Below, in pieces: positions 61,901-64,000 of a DNA stretch of 64,000 nt; position 1 is the stretch's first letter, and each line of letters opens with the position of its first letter. The stretch is taken from the NCBI GenBank assembly GCA_963575745.1, contig CAUYUJ010000002.1, positions 868,001 to 932,000 on the forward strand. Reading direction: 5' to 3'. The DNA comes from Prorocentrum cordatum. Lineage: Eukaryota. The translations under genes and the position numbers were made by a program. The notes beneath the pieces are model-generated. The model worked only from the letters and a program-made list of their open reading frames with translations, had not been told where the DNA came from and did not search any database.

Positions 61901-63500
61901 CGCAAGATCAGGGACGATGACGAGCAATTGTGGGATTTCAGGGTCACGTCGCCAGCGCGCCTCAGCCAGTTGGTCAAGCACGGGGTTAGGAGATACATCG
62001 ACAGGGAAGCTCTGCACAAACTCTCTGATGGTGACCACAGAATCCCTCAGGGCCCCCTACCGTGGATACCCATGAACGAGGTCCTCCACTCCAAGCGCAG
62101 CAGACTTCCTCCACGACAGAGAAGGTCTCTTCGGGGACTTTGCTCGGGGGCTCATTGGTGCCACTACAAGGTGTCGAGGGCCTTCCCGGGAGAGCCTCAT
62201 ATCTGCTTGCGTTGTCAAGGGAGTCCAGGGGCGTTGTATCATATATTCTTCGAGTGCGATGCGATCTACTTCTTCAGGCAGGAACGGCCCCCGTTGGAGC
62301 TCAGGAACTCTGTGAAAAAGATGAAATCAGAGCCAGAGGTTCTGCAATCGTTCTTCTGTCGTGGCCTTCTCCCTGACCCTGTTCAAGCCTTTGCGTGTCC
62401 CAGCAGAGATCCAGCACGCCACTTCTATGATATGGACCATAAAGGTGATGTTCATGTGGATGATTGGTTTGTTTTCACTGACGGCAGTGGTTTCTACGCG
62501 GGCATTCCCTGCATGAGGGCTGGGTGGGCAGTGGTGGTCTACGACAGTGAACGCAGGAGAATTGCGCGCTACTACGGCGCGGTGCCGCTGGACATGTGCC
62601 CGCAGCAGGTTTCAAAGCGTGGTGAAGACTACGCGATGCTTATGGTGAGTCGACTGGTGGCTGGCAGTTACACGGTGCTATCGGACTGCAAAGGTACGTT
62701 GTCCCATTGCAGAAGGCCAGCCCATGCTGTGGGGGCTGGCAACACCAGAGCCAATGCCTGGCAGCAGGTTGCGAGGCATGAGGAATTCCACAAGCAGCAG
62801 TTCAAGCATGTCAAGGGGCATGCGACTTCAGCGGGCGTCATCGAGGGAGTGCTCTCGGACTTCGAGCGTGCAGGCAACTCGACGGCGGATGCCCTTGCGA
62901 AGAAAGGGGCGGCCGTCAACATGCCAGAGGATGAGCACGTAGAGTTCGTCAGGGGTTGTCGACGCCTTCGCAAGCTGCTGCTGCAATGCTTGGGCAATTT
63001 TCAAGCATGGCTCTATGACTCCAGCACGGATGGCTTGGACTACCATTTCCCGCTTAAGGATGATGCTGAACTCCCACCATCTGCGCCAGCTGAGCCTATG
63101 GGGGCTACAGGCGAGCCGTTGGTGGAATTGGTCCTTGAAGATGAGTTGGATGGATTCCTGGAGCCGTGGAAGGTAGCGGGGCGCACTTTGGTTGAGTATC
63201 CGAAGATGGGCTCGCCGCATTTTATTTTGTTCTGTTCGACATGCTGCCAATACTTCTGCTCCGACTCCAGGAACCACAGAGGGTTGGCGCAGAAATGCAA
63301 AGGTAAGCACGGTGAAGTCGAGAACAAGAGCCACTATGATAATCTGAGGCGCCCTCAGACCAGTCGTGCTGATGTTCGGTTGGAGTCACCGAGATCCCCA
63401 TCGGGAACCGCAAGAGATGTTGTTCGTGCTGCCAAGCGTTGGGGGCTTGATGTGAAGAATTATTCGTCGCAAGGTCCACAGAAGAAGCAGAGACTCTTAG
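58980..63500 (+). mobile_element. Decayed LINE ORF2: APE endonuclease, RT and RNase H
   Basis: SYNANSW, LQELR, AGDWN, IDFF, PHKAL (APE); RPIGLL, DLRTFYD, IIAGCSCA, LIDDI (RT); FTDGSG, SDCKG, HVKGH, GNSTADALAK (RNase H, 62474-62905, in a frame open to the window end and so missing from the ORF track); 3' end not defined. Confidence 0.85.
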
Positions 63501-64000
63501 ACACAGCAAATATTATCCGAGCGCGCGGTCTTGAATATCAAGAGGCCGTAGCCTCTGGGGGGGTTGCCGGGGTGGCTCTGCCGGGGAAGGGGGGATGGGG
63601 GGGGGGTGCGAGTTTCCGGCGGATGCGGGGCGCTGCTTTTACAGAAGGCTCTAATCTCGAGGATGCGCTGGAAGGGTGGCCGCGGCCGCAAAAGTCTCTC
63701 AGGACGGTCTACGAAAGTCCCGAGACCCCGAAGGATCGCCCGAACACGCCTAAGATGGCCCCAAGACGGCCCAAGAGCCTTCCACGACGTCTGAAGAGGC
63801 CTCCAAGAGGCCTCCCACGATGGCCCCCAGAGGCAAAAATAGTTGATTCCCATTGTTTTTTTTTCAATGTTTTTGGGGTTGTCGCTTTTTTCGGCTTTCA
63901 GACGCTCCAAGACGGCCCAAGATGCCCCCAAGACCGCTCGAAGACGGCCCAGGAGGCCCCCAGACAGTCCCAAGACGGCCCAAGAGGGCCCCAAGGCGGC

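Overview
A repeat-dominated, GC-rich eukaryotic window, almost certainly from a dinoflagellate: near-perfect dinoflagellate spliced-leader (DinoSL) relics lie at 57436-57457 and 19206-19227. No ordinary host gene is evident. The centrepiece is an 11.9-kb DNA transposon (18334-30212) with 24-bp imperfect TIRs, subterminal inverted repeats and an 8-bp TSD (CTGCCTTC), inserted into a LINE ORF2 whose frame is restored when the element is removed. It carries two genes. The first is an SL-tagged cargo gene whose motifs resemble aGPT-Pplase1/amino-acid:DNA transferase (5-hmdU hypermodification, HhH fold). The second is a reconstructable 1831-aa polyprotein: D5/SF3 helicase, PolA-like (TV-Pol-like) polymerase, OTU/papain-like domain, C2H2 finger and DDE transposase. 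Its helicase Walker A is split by a GT-AG intron built from a palindromic 9-bp satellite. About 16.5 kb (the element without its left end, plus its LINE flank) recurs at 38050-54300 beyond an assembly gap, and the two copies have complementary lesions. The rest is CRE-like and RTE-like non-LTR fragments, a decayed APE-RT-RNaseH LINE that begins with a spliced leader, an orphan 611-aa ORF, satellites and microsatellites. All domain calls are motif recognition by eye and need HMM or structure confirmation.
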